DNA of 64,000 nucleotides from an uncultured Ignavibacteriaceae bacterium (GCA_964651225.1 CAZYYD010000003.1:51533-115532); one strand, 5' to 3'; shown: positions 21,332-32,042, counted from the stretch's first letter. Made by a program: numbers and translations. The notes: generated from the sequence alone by a model not told the origin.

Positions 21332-22035
21332 CGATGAAGTCACTCGCGGTTGTACTGGTCAGTGGAGGAATGGACAGCTGTGTGACCGCTGCTATCGCCA
21401 GCCGTGAACACGAATTGGCATTCCTTCATGTCAATTACGGCCAGCGCACTGTTCGCCGCGAATTAAGGGCATTTTACGCTCTTGCAGATCATTATAACGT
21501 CAGCCAGCGGTTAGTGACTGACCTGAGCCACCTGAGCATGATCGGTGGTTCAAGTCTGACGGATACGCATATCGACGTTACGAACGCTGACCCGAAGACA
21601 CTCTTTGAGACAAAGAAAGGTGAGATTCCTTCTTCCTATGTTCCGTTTCGGAATGCGAACATCCTATCAGCCGCTGTCAGCTGGGCAGAGGTGATCGGTG
21701 CGGCAAAGATTTTCATTGGTGCCGTGGAGGAAGATAGTTCCGGGTATCCCGACTGCAGGAAAGAATTCTATGATGCCTTCAATAGGATGATCGAACTCGG
21801 TACGAAACCCGAGACAAGAATATCGATCGTAACGCCTGTCATTGATCTCAAAAAATCGGAAATCGTCATCCGCGGACTCGAACTCAACGCACCTTTTGAA
21901 CTGACCTGGTCATGCTACAAGAACGAAGAGAGTGCCTGCGGTGTGTGCGACAGCTGCGCTCTCCGGCTGCACGCATTCCAGATTGCAGGAATCGAAGATC
22001 CGATACCGTACGTTATACGTCCGTCATACCACTAG
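21328..22035 (+). CDS. queC: 7-cyano-7-deazaguanine synthase
   Basis: Start at the internal ATG 21328, which overlaps the queF stop as [15 protein letters not shown]-loop and C-terminal [10 protein letters not shown]. Confidence 0.9.
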   Translation: MTMKSLAVVLVSGGMDSCVTAAIASREHELAFLHVNYGQRTVRRELRAFYALADHYNVSQRLVTDLSHLSMIGGSSLTDTHIDVTNADPKTLFETKKGEIPSSYVPFRNANILSAAVSWAEVIGAAKIFIGAVEEDSSGYPDCRKEFYDAFNRMIELGTKPETRISIVTPVIDLKKSEIVIRGLELNAPFELTWSCYKNEESACGVCDSCALRLHAFQIAGIEDPIPYVIRPSYH

Positions 22036-22077
22036 AAGCCTTTAAAGAACATTTACTGGGAATTCTATGTCAAGATG

Positions 22078-22147
22078 TTCTTTGCGTTACTTCGCGCTCT
22101 TGGCGGTGAAAATTAAACCGCAAAGTACGCCAAGGAGCGCAAAGTAA
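22078..22147. repeat. REP-like intergenic palindromic element, copy 1
   Basis: TTACTTCGCGCTCTTGGCGGT ... ACCGCAAAGTACGCCAAGGAGCGCAAAGTAA form imperfect inverted arms. The word set (CTTGGCG, CTTCGCGG, CCGCAAAG, CGCAAAG) recurs at 41341-41395. Confidence 0.5.
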
Positions 22148-22186
22148 ATTTTTGATGGATGCCGAGAGAATAGCAGAAAGATCAAC

Positions 22187-22597
22187 ATGGTTCAGCAAAT
22201 GATTTCATATATCGGCGAATTGAGGTGCAAAGCCGCACATGGCCCCAGCGGTGTTGAACTCCTTACTGATGCACCAACGGACAATCAGGGTAAAGGAGAG
22301 AGCTTCTCTCCCACCGATCTGGTTGTCACGGCTCTCGCTTCCTGTATTATGACGACCGTTGATATAATCGCACGTCGGGAACAGATCAAGCTGGAGGGAA
22401 CACGAATCTATGCAGAAAAGCACATGTCCATTGATGCGCCCAGAAGAATCGTAAAAATAGTCCTAAGATTCGATATGCCAGATGGGATTCCTCTTCTCTT
22501 CCGGCCAAAGTTAGTCGCTACAGCGGCATCGTGTCCGGTCAAGCGAAGCATTCATCCGGATATTGACGTGGAGACCGAGTTCCAATACCCGGATTGA
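22187..22597 (+). CDS. OsmC/Ohr family peroxiredoxin-like protein
   Basis: 136 aa with the general OsmC pattern (..FSPTDLVVTALASCIMTT.. and a second Cys near the C-terminus). Confidence 0.7.
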   Translation: MVQQMISYIGELRCKAAHGPSGVELLTDAPTDNQGKGESFSPTDLVVTALASCIMTTVDIIARREQIKLEGTRIYAEKHMSIDAPRRIVKIVLRFDMPDGIPLLFRPKLVATAASCPVKRSIHPDIDVETEFQYPD

Positions 22598-22636
22598 GTC
22601 GACGTTTCGAATAAAAAAAATCAATGGTAAATAGCC

Positions 22637-22686
22637 AACCTTGTCAAAGTTACGGGCGTTTAGACTGGGAGAACTTTGACAAGGTT
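22637..22686. terminator. perfect 15-bp inverted repeat between convergent genes (bidirectional terminator candidate)
   Basis: AACCTTGTCAAAGTT (22637-22651), a 20-nt loop, then AACTTTGACAAGGTT (22672-22686). Both flanks are A/T-rich. Confidence 0.45.
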
Positions 22687-22743
22687 TTCTTTGCTTCCCT
22701 TTACAACCTCTCCAATCGCTTGAAGCGGTCGGAGAGGTGCATC

Positions 22744-23292
22744 CTACTCACGCCATTTGACCGAACAGCCCATAGAAGGGAATTGCCTGCTATCGATGGG
22801 TTTTCCACCTGCAAGATTTGTTATCGCGAGCTTCAGCTCTTCCTTCGTTACCTTCGATTCATCCTGCCAGTTATCATCAATGCGCCCGTGATAGACTAAT
22901 TTTTGGGAGGAATTATAGAGATATATATCCGGCGTGCACTGAGCATGAAAAGCACGTGCAATATTCTGTGTCTGATCAATGAGATAAGGAAAAGGAATAT
23001 TCCACTCTTTGATTTTTTTTCTCATGACTTCAGGTGCGTCATCTGGATAATCAGGATGGATATTGGGATTTATTGCGGCAACGTTAATCCCGCGTTGAAT
23101 CGCATACTCTCCCAGCCGAATCGTCCGCGGCCAGACAGCTTTTGCATACGGGCAATGATTGCACGTAAAGATAACTAAAAGTCCTTTTTTCCCAACCAGG
23201 TAATCACTTATCTGAACAACTCCATCAGGATCTTTGAGTGTGAATTTCGGCATCGTCGTTCCCAGCGGAACGTCCAGTGATTCTACGGCCAT
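22744..23292 (-). CDS. thioredoxin-fold thiol-disulfide oxidoreductase (AhpC/TSA-like)
   Basis: Start at the internal Met (MAVESLDVPLG), preceded on the minus strand by AAGGAGA. Contains the FTCNHCPY motif. Confidence 0.75.
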   Translation of the reverse strand: MAVESLDVPLGTTMPKFTLKDPDGVVQISDYLVGKKGLLVIFTCNHCPYAKAVWPRTIRLGEYAIQRGINVAAINPNIHPDYPDDAPEVMRKKIKEWNIPFPYLIDQTQNIARAFHAQCTPDIYLYNSSQKLVYHGRIDDNWQDESKVTKEELKLAITNLAGGKPIDSRQFPSMGCSVKWRE

Positions 23293-23431
23293 TACCAGTT
23301 CTCCTTTTATAAAGTATAACCGCCTCAAATCTATGAAAAGTTTCCGATAATTTCCTGTGCTTGCAATTCAGACGAAATTGGCTGACATTTCACCAGTTCG
23401 ATCATTTCTCATTATCATTATCGAGGCCATC

Positions 23432-25141
23432 ATGAAACGAACACCAAAGCTGTTCCAGGTACCCCACATCAACTCCATACAGGATATGGTTGTCAAATCA
23501 TCTACCGCGTATGGTGATAAACTCGCCTTGGAGGATTTAAAGGACACTCCTCTCCCGAAGTTGAGTTACAGCTCATTATTGAAATATGTGTTGAAATTCG
23601 GTACCGCACTTCAGAAACTTGGACTTCCTGAACGAAGCCATATTGCTGTCGTCAGTGAAAATCGAGTTCAGTGGGGCCTTGCCTATCTGACGGCCATGTG
23701 CTTCAACCATGTGATTGTTCCCATCGATGCCAAATTGAATACCAATGAGATCATCAATATTCTCCACGAGTCGGATGCCAATGCCATCATCTTTTCCGAA
23801 TCGTTTGATGCCATGCTGCGGGACGAACGCCACACACTCAAGCATCTGCAGTATTACATCAGCATGGATCTGCTGACAAAAAAAGAGGGCGTTCTTTCCA
23901 TGATGGAACTGCTCAACGCGAGCCGCGGGTGTACTGTGGATGCCATGCCGAAGATCGATCCGAAAGTGATGGCAGTAATCATCTTCACTTCCGGTACACT
24001 CGGCAGAGCAAAAGGAGTGATGCTTTCCCAGCACAATCTGGCCGCCAACCTCATCGCGATGGTCAGTATGATGTTCATATATCCTGAAGACCGGTTCCTT
24101 TCCGTCTTACCGATCCACCATACCTATGAATGCACCTGCGGTTTGCTCTGTCCACTCTATGCAGGAGCCTCAGCGCACTATGCCCGTTCACTCAAAACCG
24201 TCGTGGACGATCTGCAGCATGTGAAGGCGACCATGCTGCTGGGGGTGCCTCTCCTCTTCGATAAAATGTTCAAACGTATTTACAAAGGAATACAGGAAAA
24301 AAAGGTTGCCTCGGTCCTTATTCCTCCGCTTATCAAACTCACTGACGTCGCTGCCCGGTTTGGATTGAAGAGTGCGAAAAAAGCGATCTTCTCTGAAATT
24401 CATGAAAAATTCGGCGGGCATATCCGCGCGTTCATTGCCGGCGGTGCGGCTCCCGACCCGATGGTGGCGAAGGGGCTACGTGCTCTCGGTTTTACCTTCA
24501 TCCAGGGATACGGACTCACCGAGACCTCTCCCATCCTGACGCTCAATCAGCTCGATAATTTTAAGGACGATGCCGCCGGACTTCCTTTGCCCGGAGTCGA
24601 ACTGCATATCCACACACCGAATGAAGACAGAGTTGGTGAAGTGTGGGCCAAAGGTGCAAACGTGATGCTTGGATTCTATAAGAATGAACGTGCAACGAGC
24701 GAAGCATTCGAGAATGGCTGGTTCAAAACCGGCGACCTCGGGTTCATCGATGACGACGGTTTCCTGCATATCTGCGGACGTAAGAAGAATGTCATCATTT
24801 CTCGAAGCGGGAAAAACGTATTTCCTGAAGAAATCGAAGACATACTGAAGCGAAGTCCCTACATTCAAGAATGTCTCGTGTATGGAGAAGACGATCCGAA
24901 GCTGGACGAAGTGATTGTAGCCCAACTGGTCGTGGACACGGAAGCATTTATCGAACTCTCGGAATCTCGCGGTGTGCAGATCACACCTGAACTCATTAAC
25001 GAGGTCATCAGCGTGGAAGTAAAAAAAGCGAATACCGAACTTTCCAGTTTCAAACAGATCAAAAAATTCACTATCCGGGATCAGGAGTTTGAAAAGACAA
25101 CGACACTCAAGGTCAAACGATATCTGGTTCTTCCAAAGTAA
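23432..25141 (+). CDS. long-chain-fatty-acid--CoA ligase (AMP-binding family)
   Basis: Internal ATG at 23432. FTSGTLGRAKGVML and GYGLTETSP. Confidence 0.85.
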   Translation: MKRTPKLFQVPHINSIQDMVVKSSTAYGDKLALEDLKDTPLPKLSYSSLLKYVLKFGTALQKLGLPERSHIAVVSENRVQWGLAYLTAMCFNHVIVPIDAKLNTNEIINILHESDANAIIFSESFDAMLRDERHTLKHLQYYISMDLLTKKEGVLSMMELLNASRGCTVDAMPKIDPKVMAVIIFTSGTLGRAKGVMLSQHNLAANLIAMVSMMFIYPEDRFLSVLPIHHTYECTCGLLCPLYAGASAHYARSLKTVVDDLQHVKATMLLGVPLLFDKMFKRIYKGIQEKKVASVLIPPLIKLTDVAARFGLKSAKKAIFSEIHEKFGGHIRAFIAGGAAPDPMVAKGLRALGFTFIQGYGLTETSPILTLNQLDNFKDDAAGLPLPGVELHIHTPNEDRVGEVWAKGANVMLGFYKNERATSEAFENGWFKTGDLGFIDDDGFLHICGRKKNVIISRSGKNVFPEEIEDILKRSPYIQECLVYGEDDPKLDEVIVAQLVVDTEAFIELSESRGVQITPELINEVISVEVKKANTELSSFKQIKKFTIRDQEFEKTTTLKVKRYLVLPK

Positions 25142-25206
25142 GCCAAACGGCGAAGACTTTGCGTGACTATTTCCCTTTCATGCAGGAGCAGGCAAATTCC
25201 CGACAT

Positions 25207-26091
25207 ATGAAAATTCTCTCTCTTATAATATTTCACGTACTCATAGCTTCAACGTTGTATGGTCAGCCCTTGAATCAGCGGTATACGGATAAAGGGGAAA
25301 TGATCATCGCACAGTTTTCTTCTGCGATGTTTCCTCATACAGAACGGGATACCGGGTATTGGTATGACGGCAAAAAGTATTCCGCAGAGGAACACTATCG
25401 GGACAGCAGCGTTGCGATCTTTATTCCCCAAGGATTCCAACCGGGAGAGACGACGAATTTTGTAGTTTATTTTCATGGCTGGCGCAATAATATCGACTCA
25501 ACGTTTACACAATTCAACATCGCCGAACAATTCGCAGACAGCAAGATCAACGCCATCCTGATCCATCCTGAAGGACCGAAGAATGCTCCTGATTCATTCG
25601 GCGGGAAACTGGAAGAGGCGGATACCTTCAAGTGTTTGATCGAAGAAGTCATCGACCTTCTTATCAAGAGCAAGAAGATCAAAACGAAGGAGATCGGAAA
25701 AATTATTCTCGCCGGTCATAGCGGCGCCTACCGGGTGATGTCGTTCATCCTTCTCCGCGGCGGAATGACTCAGCATATCAAGGAAGTCTATCTTTTCGAT
25801 GCATTGTACGGACAAACGGAAAAGTTTTCCTATTGGCTCGATCATTCCAGGGGAAGACTGATTAACATCTTCACGGAAGAAGGGGGCACAAAACACGAGA
25901 GTCAGAGCCTTATGGATGATCTCCAGGCCTGGGGGATTCCATTTCTTGCCCTGAAAGAGCTTGATGTCACAACCAGCGATCTCCTGAAGAATCGCATCTT
26001 GTTCATCTCCAGTGATCTTGAGCATAACGATGTGATCGCAAAACGGAACCAGTTTAGAACATATCTCCAAACCAGCAGTCTCAGTCGATGA
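25207..26091 (+). CDS. secreted hypothetical protein, possible alpha/beta-hydrolase fold
   Basis: Signal peptide MKILSLIIFHVLIASTLYG. The GHSGAY segment resembles a nucleophile elbow. The functional call is weak. Confidence 0.45.
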   Translation: MKILSLIIFHVLIASTLYGQPLNQRYTDKGEMIIAQFSSAMFPHTERDTGYWYDGKKYSAEEHYRDSSVAIFIPQGFQPGETTNFVVYFHGWRNNIDSTFTQFNIAEQFADSKINAILIHPEGPKNAPDSFGGKLEEADTFKCLIEEVIDLLIKSKKIKTKEIGKIILAGHSGAYRVMSFILLRGGMTQHIKEVYLFDALYGQTEKFSYWLDHSRGRLINIFTEEGGTKHESQSLMDDLQAWGIPFLALKELDVTTSDLLKNRILFISSDLEHNDVIAKRNQFRTYLQTSSLSR

Positions 26092-26174
26092 TGAAGAGAA
26101 TGGAACTCGTGGATATCACGACATCATTATAATCTTTCACTGTTTGTGTCCGAAGTCTAAGACGTGAATTCTTT

Positions 26175-27329
26175 ATGTCCTCTCCTAAAAAATTCATCGC
26201 CCATCTCGATCTTGACTGCTTTTTCGTTTCCGTTGAACGCATTAAGAATCCGGATCTTCTAGGCAAGCCCGTGGTTGTTGGAGGAAGTGCTTCCGGACGC
26301 GGTGTTGTCGCATCTGCATCGTACGAAGCACGCAAGTTCGGCGTGCACTCCGCTATGCCCACCGCCAGAGCCCAGCGTCTTTGTCCAAACCTCATCGTTG
26401 TCCGCGGCAGTCATGGAGAATATGGCCGCATCTCCAAAAAACTTTTCGAACGGATGTGTGAGCTTGCCCCTATCGTCGAGCGTGCATCGATCGATGAGAT
26501 GAACATGGATTTCACCGGCTGCGAGCATCTGTACAACAACGACCTCCCGGGATTCATGAAAACGATTCAGAAACTTGTTCTCGATGAGTTCCATCTCCCC
26601 TGCACGATTGCACTCGGCTCAAATAAGACTATTGCCAAGATCGCCGCAAACCGGGTTAAGCCTCAAGGTGTCATCTTCATACCGCATGGGGAAGAAGCTG
26701 CGTTCCTGGCCCCGCTTGACATCAGCGTCATTCCCGGGATAGGAAAAAAGACGGAAGAGTTTCTCCGCGGCAAAGGATTTAGGGAAGTTGCGGACCTACA
26801 GGAGAAATCGGAGGAGGAGTTAATCGCCGTTCTGGGAAAGCATGGTTCCTGGATTTCCCGTGCCGCCAGCGGCCGCGGCTCTGATATCATTGGAGAAGAA
26901 TGGGACGCAAAAAGTATTTCGCGGGAGGAGACATTCTCCAAAGACATTGCTGACAAGAAAGAGCTTGAGAAAATCATTTTCGAACTCACTGAAGATGTCT
27001 GCCGTCAGCTTCGCGAGCAGCAGTGGAAAGCGCATACGGTCACACTGAAACTCCGGTACTCCGATTTCAACACGATCACACGGGCAAAGAGCATCGAGCC
27101 GACGAACGATGACACCGTGGTTGCCAAAACAGCACGCGAACTCCTCCACGCTTCCTATACAAGGAAACTTCCTCTCCGGCTTGTCGGTGTGCGGCTCTCC
27201 AATTTCGGGGAAGCACAGCAGCTTGAACTTTCCCTTTCCCCTACAGATGAAAAGAAACAGACGATTCTCCGCGCTGTGGACGATTTGAGAAAAAAATTTG
27301 GCAATGATGTGATTCATGTGGGGGGATGA
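26175..27329 (+). CDS. dinB: DNA polymerase IV (Y-family)
   Basis: HLDLDCFFVSVE, SIDEMNMD and GIGKKT. Confidence 0.92.
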   Translation: MSSPKKFIAHLDLDCFFVSVERIKNPDLLGKPVVVGGSASGRGVVASASYEARKFGVHSAMPTARAQRLCPNLIVVRGSHGEYGRISKKLFERMCELAPIVERASIDEMNMDFTGCEHLYNNDLPGFMKTIQKLVLDEFHLPCTIALGSNKTIAKIAANRVKPQGVIFIPHGEEAAFLAPLDISVIPGIGKKTEEFLRGKGFREVADLQEKSEEELIAVLGKHGSWISRAASGRGSDIIGEEWDAKSISREETFSKDIADKKELEKIIFELTEDVCRQLREQQWKAHTVTLKLRYSDFNTITRAKSIEPTNDDTVVAKTARELLHASYTRKLPLRLVGVRLSNFGEAQQLELSLSPTDEKKQTILRAVDDLRKKFGNDVIHVGG

Positions 27330-27593
27330 GGAAGTGGATGAGTTGACGTGCTGAATAGAAGTAGCTTGTTTGCATGTAAATATCGATATTTTACTATTCT
27401 TAGGAGTGTCCTCTTATGAATAGACTTTCGAAGAATTTGACTCGACTGGTTCTTTTTCCCTCAATCATTTCCTTTTCTGCTTTCAGTCAACCCAAACCAC
27501 CTCTTTGTTCAATGGTACCAGTTTGAATTCCTTTTTATTTTTTTGTAGCTTTGCTGAGACTTCTATCACTACATCATACTTGGGGAATTACCA

Positions 27594-30500
27594 ATGAAAG
27601 TTCTTGTACTCTCTCTACTGCCGCCACTCCTCCTCTTCGGACAAGTGAAAGAACCTGCACTGCCATCAATTCAAAGACTGGCCAAAACAGCGCGCTTTGA
27701 GTTCAAACAACTCGATGTCAACAACCTCAACGCTACGCTCTCGTCGGAAGGACCGTACTGTGATTATCGACGACTTAATGCTTCCGGATTGGAATGGCCG
27801 AAAGGGAGTGGAAAATCGCCGATCTATACTGCTGGCATCTGGCTTGGAGGAATCCATCGATCCAGTAACAAACTCAGAGTTTCCAATATAGATTATGCTA
27901 CAGAGTACCAGCCCGGCCCGATCCTAACAATATTCAACACGACGACCAATAACATCGATGGGGCGGATCTTCGCGCATCGGATCCACGATACCGGCTTTA
28001 CAAAATCACCAAACTAGATACGCTCCGGAATGACCAGGGAAATTTTATCTCGACCAATCCGGATTTTCTAGAATGGCCCGGTGATCTCGGCGCCCCCTAC
28101 GAAGACCGCAACGGAGACGGCAGATGGACATCTGGTGTGGATATGCCGAAGTTTTATGGGGACATGCAGATATGGTGTGTCATCAACGACCTGAACATCC
28201 TTTCGCATTCATATCTAAGCACCTCCCAACCGTTGGGGGTCGAAATTCAAGTTCTCTCATATGCCTTTAACCAGATCGGATTGTTCAACAATGCGATGTT
28301 CATGCGTTGGAGGATCATCAACAAGAGTGATGCTGCCTACGACAGTCTGTACATCGGTCTCTGGTCTGATCCTGATCTCGGCGATGCGAACGACGATCTT
28401 CCTGGATGTGATTCCATCCTCAACCTGGGGTACGTGTACAATGGAGATGATAATGATGCGTCAAGCAATGGATATGGATCGACGCCTCCGGCTGCAGGAT
28501 TTGATCTCCTTCAGGGTCCGAATGTACCGGCATCACTCCTCGATAGCGCTCTCTGGAATGGAACCTGGCACCGTGGCTACAAAAACCTGACAGCAACATC
28601 TTTTACATTCACAACAAATGGTACCTTTTCATCCATTTTTGATCCGGTCGACGGATCCCCCGACTACCCTGCACATGCATACGATTATTTAAAGGGAAGG
28701 ATGGGGACGGTCCATCGACCACTGATGAACGGCAGCAGGGAAATCAAGTACTGGTTCTCCGGTGATCCAGTCGCCGGTACGGGCGATCTACCGAGCAATT
28801 TCCCTTTGGGAAATTTCGCACCGCAAGATTTCAGGATGCTGCTCAGCTCCGGTCCTTTCACACTGGTACAGAATGATACGCAGGAAGTGGTCAGTGCACT
28901 GATCATTTCACAAGGATACAACCGATTGTCAAGTTTGGCCCAGTTAAAAGAGGATGACCGATATATCCAGCAGGCGTTCCATAATCAATTTCGATCTCTG
29001 CCGACAGCCAAGGCCGCCGTCACGCCGGGGACCAGTTTTGCCACCATTTGCATTCAATGCACTCCGAACGACACCGATATCAAGGGTATCACTGCATTGA
29101 TCCACAAATACGATGGTCTTTTTGTTGCGAATCTTGTTCTCTATGATGACGGGGCACACGAGGACATAGCCGCAAATGACGGAATCTTTGGAAATAGTGT
29201 TTCTGTCCCTCTTCACCAGGAAGGTCTCTGTTCCGACCTCCTTCTTACCAGACGCGACGACACACAATGGAAGATTACTTCTGCGATTGAGAACCTTACG
29301 ACCTCTCTGCTTCCACTCACGTTGCCTATTGTTCTCTCAGACAATCTGAACTGCGACGGTATGGTGAATCCGGGGGAAAATATCCGTTTTGGATTCAGCA
29401 TCACCAATCCTAACACTTTTCAAATATCAAATCTTAAAGTTCAGGCAGGAGATGATCCCAAAAGCTCGCTCATCCCTGCTTTAACCTCAGGTGGCATATT
29501 CAATTTCGACTACAACTTGAACGATTCCCTTTCGTATTTTTCGTTCAATGTATCGCCAAATTACACAGCAAACACGATCACCATACCGATTGTTCTTACA
29601 GACGACAAGTTTAACTTATGGAGAGATTCCCTGTCTTTTATCGTGAAACCATGGACGCGTTTCTATGCGGCAACGGAATCGCTGGCAGGAACAAAGCTGG
29701 ATGGAGTATTTCAGATTATCATCACGAATCCATCAACCGTGAAAAATCATTCGTATGTTATCCGGGGAATTGATTCCATCGATGTAAAACAGACGACAGG
29801 ATTTTCGCTGTACGATGAAACAGACAGCAGAGTGATTCTTTCTCAGTCACCTCTCCCAGACGTCTACAGCCACAATTTGCAACCTTTAGAAGGATTCAAG
29901 ATCCTTCGGGGAACGGTTGAGACGATTCCTACGGCGAAAAGCATTGAATTTGGCACAAACTCATGGTTTAACCCAACTGTATGGCATGCAAACGCCTACC
30001 TATCCGCTTGTTACGGATCGGAAAGTGCGCTTACTGCAAAAGGCGGTTATCATAAAGTACAAATACTGTATGCTCCGATTCTCGGAATAAGTGATGCCAA
30101 CAGTAATGGTAAATGGGATTATGGTGAAAAGATCCTTTTTGATACTTCAGGATACGCAACATCCCAAAAAGCATTTATGTACAATGTGGGAGTATTTGCC
30201 AGAAAATCATATGGATTCGGATGGGTTCCCTTTTCTGCATTTGATATAGAGGATGGATCAGCGCAAAAACTGAACATTGTCGTCAACGATATCAATAAGA
30301 ATTTCCGTTGGGATCCAAAGGAAACAATCTATGTCATGCCCACACCGTACGATTCGACCGGCGGGACTTATGATACCACGACAGGCATCAATCTATTCAC
30401 GGGGCCGCTCCCTTTTGGCCATACTATTCTCAAGCATGCATACTGGGTTGTCTTCAGTGACACTGCAAAAGGTTCTATCCCATATGCGACAAATGCACCT

Positions 30501-30860
30501 ATGACGTTGACCCCGACCTATCCGCTTTCCAGCGTGAACGGCTTCCGGTTCAATCCGACCGTTCTCACGAGTGTAGAACCTGAGAATGGAATACCTATAG
30601 AGTTCTCACTTTTGCAGAATTATCCCAACCCATTCAATCCAACCACAGTAATTAGTTATCAGATACCTGTGATGAGTTCGGTAAAGCTTGTTGTCTATGA
30701 CTTGTTGGGCCGCGAGGTGGTAACGCTGGTGAATGAAAAGCTTGCCGCGGGAACGCACACCGTGACATGGAGCGCAACGAATGCCGCTAGCGGTATATAC
30801 TTTTATCGGCTCACCGCAGGGAATTATACTCAGACAAAGAAGATGATGATTTTGAAATAA
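27594..30860 (+). CDS. large secreted protein with a T9SS C-terminal sorting domain
   Basis: Signal peptide MKVLVLSLLPPLLLFG. C-terminus ..LLQNYPNPFNPTTVISYQIP...GIYFYRLTAGNYTQTKKMMILK (Por-secretion tail pattern). Confidence 0.8.
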   Translation: MKVLVLSLLPPLLLFGQVKEPALPSIQRLAKTARFEFKQLDVNNLNATLSSEGPYCDYRRLNASGLEWPKGSGKSPIYTAGIWLGGIHRSSNKLRVSNIDYATEYQPGPILTIFNTTTNNIDGADLRASDPRYRLYKITKLDTLRNDQGNFISTNPDFLEWPGDLGAPYEDRNGDGRWTSGVDMPKFYGDMQIWCVINDLNILSHSYLSTSQPLGVEIQVLSYAFNQIGLFNNAMFMRWRIINKSDAAYDSLYIGLWSDPDLGDANDDLPGCDSILNLGYVYNGDDNDASSNGYGSTPPAAGFDLLQGPNVPASLLDSALWNGTWHRGYKNLTATSFTFTTNGTFSSIFDPVDGSPDYPAHAYDYLKGRMGTVHRPLMNGSREIKYWFSGDPVAGTGDLPSNFPLGNFAPQDFRMLLSSGPFTLVQNDTQEVVSALIISQGYNRLSSLAQLKEDDRYIQQAFHNQFRSLPTAKAAVTPGTSFATICIQCTPNDTDIKGITALIHKYDGLFVANLVLYDDGAHEDIAANDGIFGNSVSVPLHQEGLCSDLLLTRRDDTQWKITSAIENLTTSLLPLTLPIVLSDNLNCDGMVNPGENIRFGFSITNPNTFQISNLKVQAGDDPKSSLIPALTSGGIFNFDYNLNDSLSYFSFNVSPNYTANTITIPIVLTDDKFNLWRDSLSFIVKPWTRFYAATESLAGTKLDGVFQIIITNPSTVKNHSYVIRGIDSIDVKQTTGFSLYDETDSRVILSQSPLPDVYSHNLQPLEGFKILRGTVETIPTAKSIEFGTNSWFNPTVWHANAYLSACYGSESALTAKGGYHKVQILYAPILGISDANSNGKWDYGEKILFDTSGYATSQKAFMYNVGVFARKSYGFGWVPFSAFDIEDGSAQKLNIVVNDINKNFRWDPKETIYVMPTPYDSTGGTYDTTTGINLFTGPLPFGHTILKHAYWVVFSDTAKGSIPYATNAPMTLTPTYPLSSVNGFRFNPTVLTSVEPENGIPIEFSLLQNYPNPFNPTTVISYQIPVMSSVKLVVYDLLGREVVTLVNEKLAAGTHTVTWSATNAASGIYFYRLTAGNYTQTKKMMILK

Positions 30861-31024
30861 GTGATAATTACCTTCGAAGTATGGAATGATGATGTTAATC
30901 CTGGAAGGAGGATGGACAAAAAGAAAGTAATTTCATTCCTGCCGATTTATGAAATTTCACTGCATTCCTTATTCTCCCACCTCCTTTTGGCTTCCACCCA
31001 ACAAATCCGTATCTTACTATCACG

Positions 31025-31861
31025 ATGGCACGATTTAAACTCTTTATCGAATATGAAGGAACGCGATTCAGCGGCTGGCAGGTGCAGAAAAGCGCCCGGA
31101 CCGTCCAGGGTGAGATCCAGGCGGCCATAGGCAAGGTCTTTGGCACGCATGGTTTTGAATTCTACGGTTCAGGCCGCACAGATGCCGGCGTCCATGCGTT
31201 ACAGCAGGTGGCACACCTGGAAATCAAAACGATGCTCGCACCAGAAATTATCCGGATGAAGCTGAACGATGAACTTCCTGCCGATATCAATATCATCGAG
31301 ATCGAAAAAGCATCCCCGGAGTTCCACGCCCGCCACGATGCCATGGCGCGAAGTTATCTTTATCAAATCTCACGTCGGCGAACAGCCTTCGGGAAAAAAT
31401 ATGTCTGGTGGATCAAAGATCCTCTCGACGTTGCCAAAATGCGGCAGACCGCCGAGATGTTCCTCGGTCTGAAGGATTTCAAATCCTTCACGGCGGATGA
31501 TCCGGAAGAGAAATCGACAAAAGTACACATCAATTCGATTGACGTTCAGCAGGCGGGCGACCTGATCCTTGTCCGTATCGTAGGATCGCATTTCATCTGG
31601 AAAATGGTACGGCAGATCGTTGGAGTACTGGCGGAAGTCGGCCGCGGCAAAATGGCTTTGAACGATGTGAAGACCTTTCTTCATGCAAAATCGGATGAAC
31701 CTGCAAAGCTGACCGCCCCTCCCTCCGGCCTTTTTCTAGAACGTGTGTATTACAAAGGTGATTTTTGGCTGAAAGAGATGAAACCGATGCTGGAAATTTC
31801 AACGCGGTTTGCTAGGAAATATGAAGAGCCTCAAAAAGAATCCAGGGAAGGAAAGTCCTGA
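31025..31861 (+). CDS. truA: tRNA pseudouridine(38-40) synthase
   Basis: FKLFIEYEGTRFSGWQ and GSGRTDAGVHA (catalytic Asp). Confidence 0.92.
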   Translation: MARFKLFIEYEGTRFSGWQVQKSARTVQGEIQAAIGKVFGTHGFEFYGSGRTDAGVHALQQVAHLEIKTMLAPEIIRMKLNDELPADINIIEIEKASPEFHARHDAMARSYLYQISRRRTAFGKKYVWWIKDPLDVAKMRQTAEMFLGLKDFKSFTADDPEEKSTKVHINSIDVQQAGDLILVRIVGSHFIWKMVRQIVGVLAEVGRGKMALNDVKTFLHAKSDEPAKLTAPPSGLFLERVYYKGDFWLKEMKPMLEISTRFARKYEEPQKESREGKS

Positions 31862-32042
31862 GAAGAACGAGACAGGAAGTAAAAAGGCCGTCCTTCCGCT
31901 TTTCTGCGATTTCACTTGTTCCTACGCCGGGTTCGCACAACCGGATGCAATTGGTGCCTGCCGGCGGGAAGTCGCAGTGTTCTGCAGAAAATTTAAGAAA
32001 CATAATAACAAGAACTCCATGTGTATCGGAAGAAATACATGA
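31821..32042 (+). CDS. candidate small Cys-rich protein (73 aa)
   Basis: ATG at 31821 overlaps the truA 3' end, and its stop overlaps the next ATG as ATGA (32039-32042). Cys pattern CDFTC..GAC..FC..C. No family recognised. Confidence 0.4.
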   Translation: MKSLKKNPGKESPEKNETGSKKAVLPLFCDFTCSYAGFAQPDAIGACRREVAVFCRKFKKHNNKNSMCIGRNT

